From NCBI GenBank assembly GCA_964016885.1, contig CAXHJY010001324.1:1-64000 (forward strand): DNA of 64,000 bases, in the 5' to 3' direction. Below, piece by piece: positions 13,148-25,219 of this stretch. The translations under genes and the position numbers were made by a program. The stretch is from Eledone cirrhosa. Lineage: Eukaryota. How positions within the stretch are numbered: position 1 is the stretch's first letter; each line of letters starts with the position of its first letter. Below the pieces are notes generated by a model. It did not search any database and was not told the DNA's origin. It worked only from the letters and a program-made list of their open reading frames with translations.

Positions 13148-15369
13148 TATATATATAACTACCACCCAACAAACCAGTTGGAACAAAAAAACGGATGTTC
13201 AATTGTAAAATACATAATTGGTGATGTTATGTATAAAACTAGCAAATCCATAAATGTATGCGAACAAAAGTATATGATGAAAGCAAAAAAAATAACTTAG
13301 GATAGAGTGAAAAGCTATTTGCCATTCATATTTTTGTGAGTAAATTGCTCGGGTCCTGGCATAATGAAGATCTTGTATGTTTTTTGGATCAAAATCTTTT
13401 CCAATAAATCTTTAATTTATAGATTATCTCTATATGTTGTTTTTCTATATATACATATATATATATATATCTATACTCATAATAGTTTTGTATATATTTG
13501 CATGCCATATAAAGCAAGAAATATGAATAAATATCAAATATGACAACAGCTAGTAATTCGATGCAGGAGCATGAAAGGGAACTTCCGAAATACCATGGGA
13601 ACTTTCTTATAAATATGTTAATGTGGGCGCAAGTTATTTAACATTCATAAGTTGCTATGATTAGACCATAACAAGGTTGTTTAGGAAGAACAAAAACCAA
13701 ATTTCGTTTCATTTCATTTGGTTTGTTTCTCACTTTCACTCACGCACACTCTTTTACAAATTTATTATTTAAAATAACCAAGTGAGATGTCAGAATTAAG
13801 TTAGAATATTTATTATATATTTCTGAATTTTTTCCTCTATCATTTTTTCTTAAGTGTGTTTTATTTTAACCTGAAGCTAAATGGTTCCATGAATTTTGAT
13901 ATTGTGCATGAACAGTTTTAGAAGCAGGGGTGTTATTTACAGATGGATGCTCTTCTTAACGCTATCTAATCAACTGTGAATTGGAGGAGATAATAGTTGG
14001 TTTCTATTGTGGCTTATGAAAAAAACGTCATATAGGAGAATACTCTAAGTTGCCTAAAGATATAATATAATGAGCATAACACCATGGCTTAGGCCTGTGT
14101 ATATATGTATACCAATGATTGGATAGTTTGTATTTTAACAATACATATATATCGCACACACATATATATCAAAACACACACATATACATACATGTATTTA
14201 TATATGTATGAACCTTGCATTTCATGATAAGCCAAGGGCCCATATCATTAATACACCCTATTAGCCTGGTATATGCATTGTGGGTGTGTGTGTATGTGGG
14301 TTTCTTTTCATATCAGTGCATTTTGAAAAGTTTATGACAAGAAGGGTATCCAGCCAGAAAGAACCAGCCAAACAAAGGGCCTAAAGGTTTCTTCAGCTGT
14401 GTCAAATACATGTCAACTTATATAAGGCATTCTGTAAGGGTCAGTAAAATATTTAAGTGAGATGCTGGCCCTAGCCTATGACAACCTATCCCACCCTTGC
14501 TAACAAGGAAAATATGTTAATTATTGACACACGGCTGATCATTGTATATCTGTTTACTCAGACAACTGCCAGTTTCTTCAGTCTAAACAATCTTAAACCA
14601 TAATTTTTAAGTGTGCTTTCGCTCTCCTCGATATGGATTTAGACCACATTTGTTTTCTATATATATATTGACATGTCAGGCATTAAATCTATCTTACAAA
14701 TATATTGACCCTGTGTAAAAGTAATGGTTGTCAAGTATGCCATTTTTAATTCCATTTTATTTTTATCTACTCCTCGGTTTAAATTCTTTTCTGATAAAAA
14801 AAAATTAAATTTCTTGTTGCTTTAGCTTAAATATTTTTTTTTTCTGTTCAATATTTCAATTTCTTGGGATAATTTTGCTGTTCTATTAATTATAGATGTT
14901 CTATCTTTCTTATCATCAGTGTAAATCTACATGGTCTACTGGTCGAATGTGAGTTCAATTCCTAGACTAGATGACAGGCTCTGTCCTTGAGTAAAGAATA
15001 TCAATTTCATGTACTCTATCAGAGAGGAGGTGAGCATCCATACAAATGGTGTAGGTTCCAAATAAACAACTCCATAAAAATGCTATTATTAAGTAAGCTA
15101 TGGCCAAACCTATGTAGGTGAATTCATTCAAAATCACAGCTGCAAAACTCTATGCTTTTACGACTATGAAAATGAATATATTAAAGAATTCTATAAAGAA
15201 ATTCATAGTTTCATTTACAAGACTACTCACAAATTTATGCTGATTATCTAAAATGACTTGAATCCCAAAGTGGGGTTGGGGTGTACAAGATAATTAAGAG
15301 GAGTCCATCATCCCTTCATAAAATGACACTTGAAATAAAAGGGGACAGCAGTGATTGAATGCTCCATTG

Positions 15370-16340
15370 TAATCAAGATCAGGTAACAAGACATGTACTA
15401 GGCCTACGTCCATTAGAAACTGTTGTGAAGAAAATCTTTGCGACAGACCTTTATGGGTTATTTTGCTTCTTACAGATTTTGTTTCCAACCTTCATTCCTT
15501 TTTCAAAATGATGAATCAATATTTCATAATCTTGTTAAACTGCTGAAACTGTTTGCACTGAGCTAGATGCTCACCCAATGCCCACAACTCAACCTCTTTT
15601 GAAAACGTGATAGTTAAAAGGCATATCTAGACATTTGATTTTGATTTAGAGGTAATCTGTTGTAAGCTGTCTACATTTTATCCCTAAATAATTGAAGATA
15701 ATTAACTCCATGAATTTATCTTACCAAATCATGGACTGCAGTTTCTACTCTCTGATGAAGACAGTGCCAAGTTATCACCTCAGACTAATGTGTTCCATGA
15801 GAATTGTTGCAACACTAGGTTTGAGATCAAGCATAATACTCGAACCATCACTAGAAAATGCTACATGATTCTACTTCAAATTAGCAAACCTATAATTTAC
15901 GAGACAGTTCAATAGATGCCTATCATTAATTGCAGCTTTCTGATCTGGCATTTTAATGAGGCCTAAAAACATAAAACTAGGTAACACTTTATTTATCACA
16001 TCCACATTTCAAATAAACCACCATGAAGGTCTTATTGCTCAATGTTGCTGCTTGATTCATCAATGAGAATAGTTAGTTTGCCATTTATATGCTTGATATA
16101 CTGGTAAATTTTCATTTTCAAGTTAATGGCGATGTGATTAATTATCTCTCAGACATTAATGCAGGAATGTAGTTCAATTTCTGTCTTAATATCATTATCC
16201 ATTTGAAGTTCCAGTAAGCCAAAGTGATCAGAGTACAATCTGTCATTCCCAGTTAAATAATATGCAGAAGGAAAGATTAAACAATTTATTTGTCTTTAGA
16301 TGTGAAGTATTAATGGTGTCCCATAATTTTCCAAGAGCAT
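15370..16340 (-). pseudogene. Decayed hAT transposase (KIAA1586/ZNF862-like)
   Basis: Hand translation across stops and frameshifts: KLTILIDES, MVVYLK, FMFLGLI, VAFSSDGSSIML, VITWHCLHQR, FLMDVGL. Confidence 0.75.
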
Positions 16341-16664
16341 CTTTACTTGCTCTTATATTCTACCACTTGAGCTACAGTGTGAGCTTTTGATAGTTTATGA
16401 TCAACAATTTATTTTCCATTCTGAGAGACCTCAAGCATGTAATTTAATCAGTTCCATAATAAGACTCTTCATACATCTAACATTCATTTGACAGACTTGA
16501 ACCGCTTCACATTGCAACTGTTTGGTCATACTTTTCACCCACATTTATCATCCTTCGCGTCTATCTAGGGATTCGGTTTCCTTCGTTTTCTTACATATAT
16601 ATTTGTAGACCTAACACTTGTGTGTGTGTGTAAATATTGTCATCATTATTTTACATGTGTGTAA

Positions 16665-16930
16665 AATAAAGTACCAGTAATACACTGGCTAATTGCTGGC
16701 CTGGTGCCTAAAGTAGAAACAATTATTTTACATGTGTGTGTGTAAAATAATGGTTTCTACTTTAGGCACGAGGCCAGCAATTTGGTGTTGGGAGAAGAAG
16801 GAAGTCGATTAAATCGACCCCAGTGCATTACTAATAAAATAAAGTACCAGTAATGCACTGGAGTCGATTTAATCGACTTACCCTCCCCGAAATTGCTGGC
16901 CTTGTGTCTAAAGTAGAAACCATTATTTTA
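16665..16930. mobile_element. Three S1 3'-tail fragments in alternating orientation
   Basis: + / - / + tails (aattgctggcct..gtgcctaaagtagaaac) joined by ttattttacatgtgtgt..taaaataa-type spacers. Confidence 0.7.
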
Positions 16931-17054
16931 CACACACGTCTGTGTGTATATGTATGTAGGTATATATATATATATGTATATGTATGTATATATATATATA
17001 TGTATGTATGTATATATATATGTATGTATGTATATATATATATATATATATATG

Positions 17055-17301
17055 TAATAAACAACATAAGGCAATTATTCCATTTACCAGTGGTTTCTTA
17101 AAAGCAAAAAATTTTGCTTTCAATTCTCAGAATGAAAAAAATCCTGGTCATTCTGAGGATTGAAAGCAAAATCTTTTGCTTTTAAGAAACCACTGGTAAA
17201 TGGAATAATTGCCTTATGTTGTTTATTAGATAACTATTAAGCTCTGTTACCTACATAGAGCACTCTTTTTTCCTGGACTTTTCCGACGGAATTACTTCAT
17301 T
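17055..17301 (+). mobile_element. Fold-back Penelope-like end (P1)
   Basis: Inverted arms 17055-17135 and 17148-17228, unique 3' tail, hammerhead present, TA flanks. Confidence 0.7.
17148..17203 (+). ncRNA. Type-I hammerhead ribozyme
   Basis: tcatt-CTGAGGA-ttgaaagcaaaa(tc)ttttgcttttaa-GAAA-ccactgg-TA-aatgg; GUA cleavage triplet; the inverted copy at about 17080-17135 has core CTGAGAA. Confidence 0.8.
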
Positions 17302-17319
17302 TATATATACATATATATA

Positions 17320-17498
17320 TAATTGTTTCTACTTTAGGCACAAGGCCAGCAATTATCCAGTGCATTACTGGTACTTTATTTTATCGACCCCGTAAGGATG
17401 AAAGGCAAAGTCAACCTCGGCGGGATTTGAACTCAGATCGTAAAGGGACGTAACTATGCTGGAAAGCATGGCGTCCGACCCTCTACCGATACTGCCAA
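17320..17498 (-). mobile_element. SINE S1
   Basis: Near-identical to the reverse complement of 41972-42155. Confidence 0.85.
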
Positions 17499-17524
17499 GA
17501 GAGAGAGACGTACGCACACATAAT

Positions 17525-17566
<42 letters not shown>

Positions 17567-17570
<4 letters not shown>

Positions 17571-18214
17571 CTTTAAGTCGTTTGGAAGCCTCGACAATGC
17601 AAATGGGTAAATCTCCGGGTAACAAGATACGGTGGTGGAGAGAGAGAGAGATGTAAGTGGGTGAACGTTGATATGCGTGGCGTGTATAAGACGTGTAGAG
17701 GAATGAAGGATAAAAATAACAACACGAGAGAGAGTTACCTTGGGAGAGATTTAATTGTCCCTATATATTTCGGATTCACATCCATCAACTGGGTTTTTTT
17801 TCCGGGGTGGGGGAAAGGTTATCTGTCAGAAAGGTGCGAAACGCGTCCTCCGCTTTTCAAAACAACGAACAGCGGAGGACGCGTTTCGCACCTTTCCGAC
17901 AGACAACTTTTCCCCCACCCCGGAAAAAAACCCCAGTTGATGGATGTGAATCCGAAATATATAGGGACAATTAAATCTCTCCCAAGGTAACTCTCTCTCG
18001 TGTTGTTATTTTTATTTTTATCCTTTATGCTCTATCCTTCATTCCTCTACACGTCTTATACACGCCAAGCATCTCAACGTACACCCACTTACATCTCTCT
18101 CTCCACCACCGGATCTTGTTACCCGGAGATTTACCCATTTGCATTGTCGAGGCTTCCAAACGACTTAAAGAAATTTACCTTATCATTCCACAATGCTTCA
18201 AGCAAACTTCAATA

Positions 18215-18219
<5 letters not shown>
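17567..18219 (+). mobile_element. Fold-back element (P2) with about 290-bp arms
   Basis: Arms 17567-17858 and 17867-18174, short unique tail, (TA)n on both sides, hammerhead-like motifs. Confidence 0.65.
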
Positions 18220-18284
<65 letters not shown>

Positions 18285-18549
18285 GCGTACTCACACATAA
18301 TATATATATATATATATAAATATATTTCGTTTCTGAATTTGTTTAGCAAGATTCTTTATCTGAAATCGTGTGTTGAAACCGATATTGTTATACTTTGGGA
18401 GGGTCATGTTGCCAATAAGAAACACACGCACCAGTTGCTTTCACTTCAATTTATTATATATTTATAAATTTACAAATTTACAAATCTACAAACTTATAAA
18501 TTTCTGGTTGGTTGGTTGGTTCCACAACCAGATAGTTGTTTATATATAT

Positions 18550-18594
18550 AGTCATAGTCCTTTCGTCACACACTCTGTGACCTCTTCAGTGACT
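18550..18594 (-). ncRNA. Minimal type-I hammerhead ribozyme (inverted copy)
   Basis: Exact reverse complement of 18971-19015. Confidence 0.85.
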
Positions 18595-18970
18595 GGGGAT
18601 TCCTTTCTTCGTTTCTGTGCCTTTCCTTTCTTCTATCCTACGACATTTTGTTTCTGTGTGTGTGTTGTGTGCTCAGTTTGCGCATGTGCCACATCCGGGT
18701 GTCTGTTTGTGTTCATTTTTCTATTTTTCTATTTATATATATTTTTTTATTTTTTTATTTTTTTTTTTATTTTTTTTTATTATTTTTTTTTTTATAAATT
18801 AAAAAAAAAAATATATATATATATAAATAGAAAAATAGAAAAATGAACACAAACACACACAGATACCCGGATGTGGCACATGCGCAAACTGAGCACACAA
18901 CACACACACAGAAACAAAATGGCGTAGGATAGAAGAAAGGAAAGGCACAGAAACGAAGAAAGGAATCCCC

Positions 18971-19015
18971 AGTCACTGAAGAGGTCACAGAGTGTGTGAC
19001 GAAAGGACTATGACT
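18971..19015 (+). ncRNA. Minimal type-I hammerhead ribozyme
   Basis: agtca-CTGAAGA-g-gtcaca(gagtg)tgtgac-GAAA-ggac-TA-tgact: stem I 5 bp, stem II 6 bp, minimal stem III. Confidence 0.85.
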
Positions 19016-19332
19016 ATATATATAAACAACTATCTGGTTGTGGAACCAACCAACCAACCAGAAAATTATAAGTTTGTAGATTTGTAAATTTATAAATATA
19101 TAATAAATTGAAGTGAAAGCAACTGGTGCGTGTGTTTCTTATTGGCAACATGACCCTCCCAAAGTATAACAATATATAAATATATATATATGTATATATA
19201 TATGTATATAAATATATATATATATGTATATAAATATATATATATATGTATATAAATATATATATATATGTATATAAATATATATATATATGTATATAAA
19301 TATATATATATATGTATATAAATGTATATATG

Positions 19333-20673
19333 TAACTTTGAATAACTTTGAAATGTTTTGGCCAGTATTGGCCCAGGCCATGTCTAATTTAATAGCACCA
19401 CCTGGCGAAGTCTTTCAATTCAGGATTTGGGCACCATGGCCCATTCGAGAAGAGAATTACTGTTTGCGGAGACATATCCGGGTGTGGGTGGTTTGTCCGG
19501 GATTACTTGGGGGAATTTGTCCAAAGACTTCTTGAATTTTGTGTGGTCAGTTTCTGTTTTGACGTGTCCTGGTGTGATGTTGAAGAGAGCAGGGCCAATT
19601 GAGGTGAAATAATTGTGCCGTATTGTTGTTATGAGTTGCGATTTAGATTTTTGTATGGGACGGATAGCACGGGGCCCAAGCCTTGGGTGTATCTTGAAGG
19701 TGATGCCAACATCATTTGGGCAGTGATGATGGAACATTTTCCACATCATGCAGATAATATAACGCTCACGGCGACGTTGAAGTGAGTAAAGTTTCAGCTT
19801 TTCTATTCGACCCCAGTAGTCAAGGTCTGACATGCCATCTATCTTTTTCGTGATTGCCCTTTGAGGAGCTTCAAGTTTCATGATACTTTGTTTCGTGTGG
19901 CGAGACCACAGTGGACAACAGTATTCAAGGTGTGGTCGGGCAAAAGTAGAGAAGAGAAGGATAATGGTGTGGGAATCTCTCGACTGGAAGGTTCTGAGGA
20001 TCCAGGAACACATTCTGCGGGCCATGTCAACTTTGCTGCTTATATGCGTGGCCCAGCTTATGTTGCTGTCCACGGTTACTCCCAAGTCTCTGATGTTGTT
20101 AGATGCCACGAGAGTTTCCCCGGGTTGGGTTCTGTTTGACAGGAAGCTCTTGATCCACTGCAGCAGCTTTCCAGTGACACCAATATTGGACAGTTTTCTC
20201 AGTAGAATGTTATGATCAACCCTGTCAAAGGCCTTGCTGAAATCAAGGTAGATAACATCAGTGTTGGAACCCTCTCCCAAGGCTCTCAAAATGTCATCAA
20301 AGTGATGCAGTAGCTGCGTCAGGCAATCTCTTCCATTACGGAATCCATGCTGGTTGGAGTTCAGCATATTGTTACTCTCAAGGAAGTGGGTCATTCGCGA
20401 TCTCACCACTCTCTCAAATACCTTAATGATATGAGAGGTGAGTGAGATTGGACGGTAATTCACGGCAAGGGATTTGTTTCCCTTTTTTGAAAACTGGGAC
20501 AACAGACTGGGATAGAAGGTTTTCTGGCACATATCCAGCATCCAGTGAGTTCCGCCACAGATTGGCAAGAGGAGATGCAAGTTGGTGTTGACACGCCTTC
20601 AAGACACAAGCAGGGAACCTATCGGGACCTACTGCTGAATTATGCTTGATTGCCTTTATTGCCGCTAAGACAT
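19333..20673 (-). pseudogene. Same LINE, copy A, internally deleted and frameshifted RT
   Basis: Junction NRTQ/PGETL lacks 324 bp (copy C 26011-26334) including PQG and FADD; one extra T in the run at about 20483-20488. Confidence 0.92.
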
Positions 20674-21101
20674 AGATACATGTATATAGATATATGTATA
20701 TATATATAGATATATGTATATATATATAGATATATGTATATAGATATATGTATATAGATATATGTATATAGATATATGTATATAGATATATGTATATAGA
20801 TATATGTATATAGATATATGTATATAGATATATGTATATAGATATATGTATATAGATATATGTATATAGATATATCTATATAGATATATCTATATAGATA
20901 TATCTATATAGATATATCTATATAGATATATGTATATAGATATATGTATATAGATATATGTATATATGTATATGTATATAGATATATGTATATATGTATA
21001 TAGATATATGTATATAGATATATGTATATATGTATATATATATAGATATATGTATATAGATATATGTATATGTATATAGATATATGTATATAGATATATG
21101 T
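20674..21101. repeat. 14-bp TATATAGATATATG satellite
   Basis: Tandem units visible directly; the same unit occurs at 27087-27525. Confidence 0.9.
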
Positions 21102-22639
21102 ATAATTCAGCAGTAGGTCCCGATAGGTTCCCTGCTTGTGTCTTGAAGGCGTGTCAACACCAACTTGCTTCTCCTCTTGCCAATCTGTGGCGGAACTCAC
21201 TGGATGCTGGATATGTGCCAGAAAACCTTCTATCCCAGTCTGTTGTCCCAGTTTTCAAAAAGGGAAACAAATCCCTTGCCGTGAATTACCGTCCAATCTC
21301 ACTCACCTCTCATATCATTAAGGTATTTGAGCGAGTGGTGAGATCGCGAATGACCCACTTCCTTGAGAGTAACAATATGCTGAACTCCAACCAGCATGGA
21401 TTCCGTAATGGAAGGGATTGCCTGACGCAACTACTGCATCACTTTGATGACATTTTGAGAGCCTTGGGAGAGGGTTCCAACACTGATGTTATCTACCTTG
21501 ATTTCATCAAGGCCTTTGACACGGTTGATCATAACATTCTACTGAGAAAGCTGTCCAATATTGGTGTCACTGGAAAGCTGCTGCAGTGGATCAAGAGCTT
21601 CCTGTCAAACAGAACCCAACATGTTGTAGTTGAGGGAGTCAAATCAAGCCCAGCCAAAGTCAGCAGTGGAGTCCCACAAGGCACTGTGTTGGGCCCACTT
21701 CTCTTCATCATCTATATTAATGACATCACTGACATCATCAAACACAGCAACATTAAAATTTTCGCTGATGATTCCAAGCTCCAAAAGGTCATCAATGGCG
21801 TGGATGACCGGATAAGCCTTCAGTCAGACCTACTGGCTGTTACCCAATGGGCAGAAAAGAACAACATGTTACTGAATGAAGACAAATTCGAACTGATCCA
21901 CTTTGGAAAAGAGGATGCTCTGAAACTCCCGTACTCCGGGGAAACTCTCGTGGCATCTAACAACATCAGAGACTTGGGAGTAACCGTGGACAGCAACATA
22001 AGCTGGACCACGCATATAAGCAGCAAAGTTGACATGGCCCGCAGAATGTGTTCCTGGATCCTCAGAACCTTCCAGTCGAGAGATTCCCGCACCATTATCC
22101 TTCTCTTCTCTACTTTCGCCCGACCACACCTTGAATACTGTTGTCCACTGTGGTCTCCCCACACGAAACAAAGTATCATGAAACTTGTAGCTCCTCAAAG
22201 GGCAATCACGAAAAAGATAGATGGCATGTCAGACCTTGACTACTGGGGTCGATTGGAAAACCTGAAACTTTACTCACTCCAACGTCGCCGTGAGCGTTAT
22301 ATTATCTGCATGATGTGGAAAATGTTCCATCATCACTGCCCAAATGATGTTGGCATCGCCTTCAAGATACACCCAAGGCTTGGGCCCCGTGCTATCCGCC
22401 CCATTCAAAAATCTAAATCGCAACTCATAACAACAATACGGCACAATTATTTCACCTCAATCGGCCCTGCTCTCTTCAACATCACACCAGGACACGTCAA
22501 AACAGAAACTGACCACACAAAATTCAAGAAGTCTTTGGACAAATTCCTCCAAGTAATCCCGGACAAACCACCCACACCCGGATATGTCTCCGCAAACAGT
22601 AATTCTCTTCTCGAATGGGCCATGGTGCCCAAATCCTGA
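21098..22639 (+). CDS. LINE reverse transcriptase fragment, 513 aa (ATG comes from the flanking microsatellite)
   Basis: PQG and FADD motifs present; 9-bp in-frame deletion (LPS) relative to copy C; [11 protein letters not shown] variant. Confidence 0.85.
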   Translation: MYNSAVGPDRFPACVLKACQHQLASPLANLWRNSLDAGYVPENLLSQSVVPVFKKGNKSLAVNYRPISLTSHIIKVFERVVRSRMTHFLESNNMLNSNQHGFRNGRDCLTQLLHHFDDILRALGEGSNTDVIYLDFIKAFDTVDHNILLRKLSNIGVTGKLLQWIKSFLSNRTQHVVVEGVKSSPAKVSSGVPQGTVLGPLLFIIYINDITDIIKHSNIKIFADDSKLQKVINGVDDRISLQSDLLAVTQWAEKNNMLLNEDKFELIHFGKEDALKLPYSGETLVASNNIRDLGVTVDSNISWTTHISSKVDMARRMCSWILRTFQSRDSRTIILLFSTFARPHLEYCCPLWSPHTKQSIMKLVAPQRAITKKIDGMSDLDYWGRLENLKLYSLQRRRERYIICMMWKMFHHHCPNDVGIAFKIHPRLGPRAIRPIQKSKSQLITTIRHNYFTSIGPALFNITPGHVKTETDHTKFKKSLDKFLQVIPDKPPTPGYVSANSNSLLEWAMVPKS

Positions 22640-22726
22640 ATTGAAAGACTTCGCCAGGTGGTGCTATTAAGTTAGACATGGCCTGGGCCAATACTGGCCA
22701 AAACATTTCAAAGTTATTCAAAGTTA
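21102..22726 (+). mobile_element. Same LINE, 5'-truncated copy B
   Basis: Matches copy C; same 3' tail tcaaagttattcaaagtta; 5' end abuts the TATATAGATATATG tract. Confidence 0.93.
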
Positions 22727-22866
22727 TATATAGATATATGTATATATATGTATATGTAGATATATGTATATATATGTATATGTATATATATGTATATGTA
22801 GATATATGTATATATATGTATATGTATATATGTAGATATATGTATATATATGTATACATATGTAGA

Positions 22867-22902
<36 letters not shown>

Positions 22903-22939
22903 GAAGGATTTAAATGGATACAGTTTAGTTAAAAGGAAT

Positions 22940-23060
22940 TTATTGACACGTGTTTCAATAACAGTTACAAAACCTGAAAACAGCTGCTATCTACAAAGTA
23001 TTCGTTATGCAGACATTCAATATTTCAATGTTATTATCAACTGTCATTTCATCAGAATAA
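22940..23060 (-). ncRNA. Type-I hammerhead ribozyme (inverted copy of 23555-23675)
   Basis: Core and stems identical; the few substitutions lie inside the stem-II insertion. Confidence 0.82.
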
Positions 23061-23554
23061 TTTTACTGTCTATACGTGTGTATATAAAGATAAGTTGAGT
23101 ATGAAAATGTATACACATGAATGCGTATGTATGTACATGTATATATGTATATATATATATATGTGCATGTGTATATGTATGTAAGTATGAGCATGTAAGT
23201 ATGTGTATGTGAGTATATGTATTTTGTAGAGGTGTGCATATATGTTTGTGTGTGAATGCTTGGGCGAAAGGATACGTACACTTGAAAGAAAAATTTAAGT
23301 TTGAATGTTAATTAAGTGCAAACACAAAACCAACCATGCATATCTATACTATCTCTAATCCTTCTATAGATTTAGAAAAATAACCAATAATATACTCTAT
23401 TAAAAATGTCAAAACAACAGATGGGAATCTAATTACTCACTGCCACCAAAAATTCTCACTGCTATCAAAAATCCACTCCCTCAACTATTATTCTAACAAC
23501 TTCACCCCTCCCTCCTAATATTCTCTATAAAAACCAAACAGGTCCTCAGTAAAA

Positions 23555-23675
23555 TTATTCTGATGAAATGACAGTTGATAATAACATTGAAATATTGAAT
23601 GTCTGCATAACTAATACTTTGTATATAGCAGCTGTTTTCAGGTTATGTAACTGTTATTGAAACACGTGTCAATAA
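23555..23675 (+). ncRNA. Type-I hammerhead ribozyme with long stem-II insertion
   Basis: ttatt-CTGATGA-aatgacagtt...aactgttatt-GAAA-cacgtg-TC-aataa; palindromic stem III; predicted cleavage after C23670. Confidence 0.82.
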
Positions 23676-23826
23676 ATTCCTTTTAACTCAACTGTATCCA
23701 TTTAAATCCTTCTATTTTTCTCCGGATTACTTTTGGAACTACAACAGGAACCGTCGAGCAAACTCTACGTGAGCTGTCCATCTACTGTGTATAATATTTA
23801 TATTACAACACTACGGAAAATACTAT

Positions 23827-23864
23827 ATGCATATGTATATGTATATATGTATATGTATATAAAT

Positions 23865-23901
<37 letters not shown>

Positions 23902-24000
23902 AATATATATATATATAAATATATATATATATAAATATATATATATATAAATATATATATATATAAATATATATATATATAAATATATATATATATAAAT

Positions 24001-24058
<58 letters not shown>

Positions 24059-24066
24059 GTATATAA

Positions 24067-24145
<79 letters not shown>

Positions 24146-25161
24146 AATATATATATGTATATATGTATATATATATATGTATATAAATATATATATATGT
24201 ATATATGTATATAAATATATATATATGTATATATGTATATAAATATATATATATGTATATATGTATATAAATATATATATATGTATATATGTATATAAAT
24301 ATATATATATGTATATATGTATATAAATATATATATATGTATATATGTATATAAATATGTATATATGTACATAAATGTATATATGTATATATGTACATAA
24401 ATATATATATATATATATGTATATATGTATATAAATATGTATATATGTATATAAATATATATGTATATAAATATGTATATATGTATATATGTATATATGT
24501 ATATATGTATATAAATATATATGTATATATGTATATAAATATATATGTATATAAATATATATGTATATATGTATATAAATATATATGTATATATGTATAT
24601 AAATATATATGTATATATGTATATAAATATATATGTATATATGTATATAAATATATATGTATATATGTATATAAATATATATGTATATATGTATATATGT
24701 ATATATGTATATAAATATATATGTATATATGTATATAAATATATATGTATATATGTATATAAATATATATGTATATATGTATATAAATATATATGTATAT
24801 ATGTATATAAATATATATGTATATATGTATATAAATATATATGTATATATGTATATAAATATATATGTATATATGTATATAAATATGTATGTATATATGT
24901 ATATAAATATGTATGTATATATAAATATGTATGTATATATGTATATAAATATATATGTATATAGATATATATATATATGTATATATGTATATAGATATAT
25001 ATATATATGTATATAGATATATGTATATGTATATAGATATATGTATATATGTATATATATGTATATGTGTATATGTATATGTGTATATGTATATAGATAT
25101 ATGTATATAGATATATGTATATGTATATAGATATATGTATATATGTATATATATGTATATG

Positions 25162-25192
<31 letters not shown>

Positions 25193-25219
25193 ATGTATAT
25201 GTATATATGTATATGTATA
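23827..25219. repeat. 1.4-kb complex TA-derived satellite
   Basis: (TA)n with periodic AAA and TG; 24-bp unit tatataaatatatatgtatatatg in the middle. Confidence 0.95.

Larger units (their letters stand above)
18325..19175 (-). mobile_element. Fold-back Penelope-like end (P3) with about 370-bp arms
   Basis: Arms 18382 to about 18748 and about 18801 to 19175 around an A/T-rich centre; hammerhead in each arm; unique tail on the left. Confidence 0.72.
22900..23826 (+). mobile_element. Penelope-like end with inverted copy (P4)
   Basis: Arms 22900-23068 and 23547-23715, hammerhead in each, unique tail to about 23826, TA flanks. Confidence 0.72.

Noticed and set aside
15752-15770. CTGATGA hammerhead-like core
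   Set aside because: It is the antisense of the hAT WHCLHQR codons; no GAAA or stems follow
17661-18467. ORFs of 109 and 155 aa in the P2 palindrome
   Set aside because: No recognisable domains; they result from the inverted repeat and run into microsatellite
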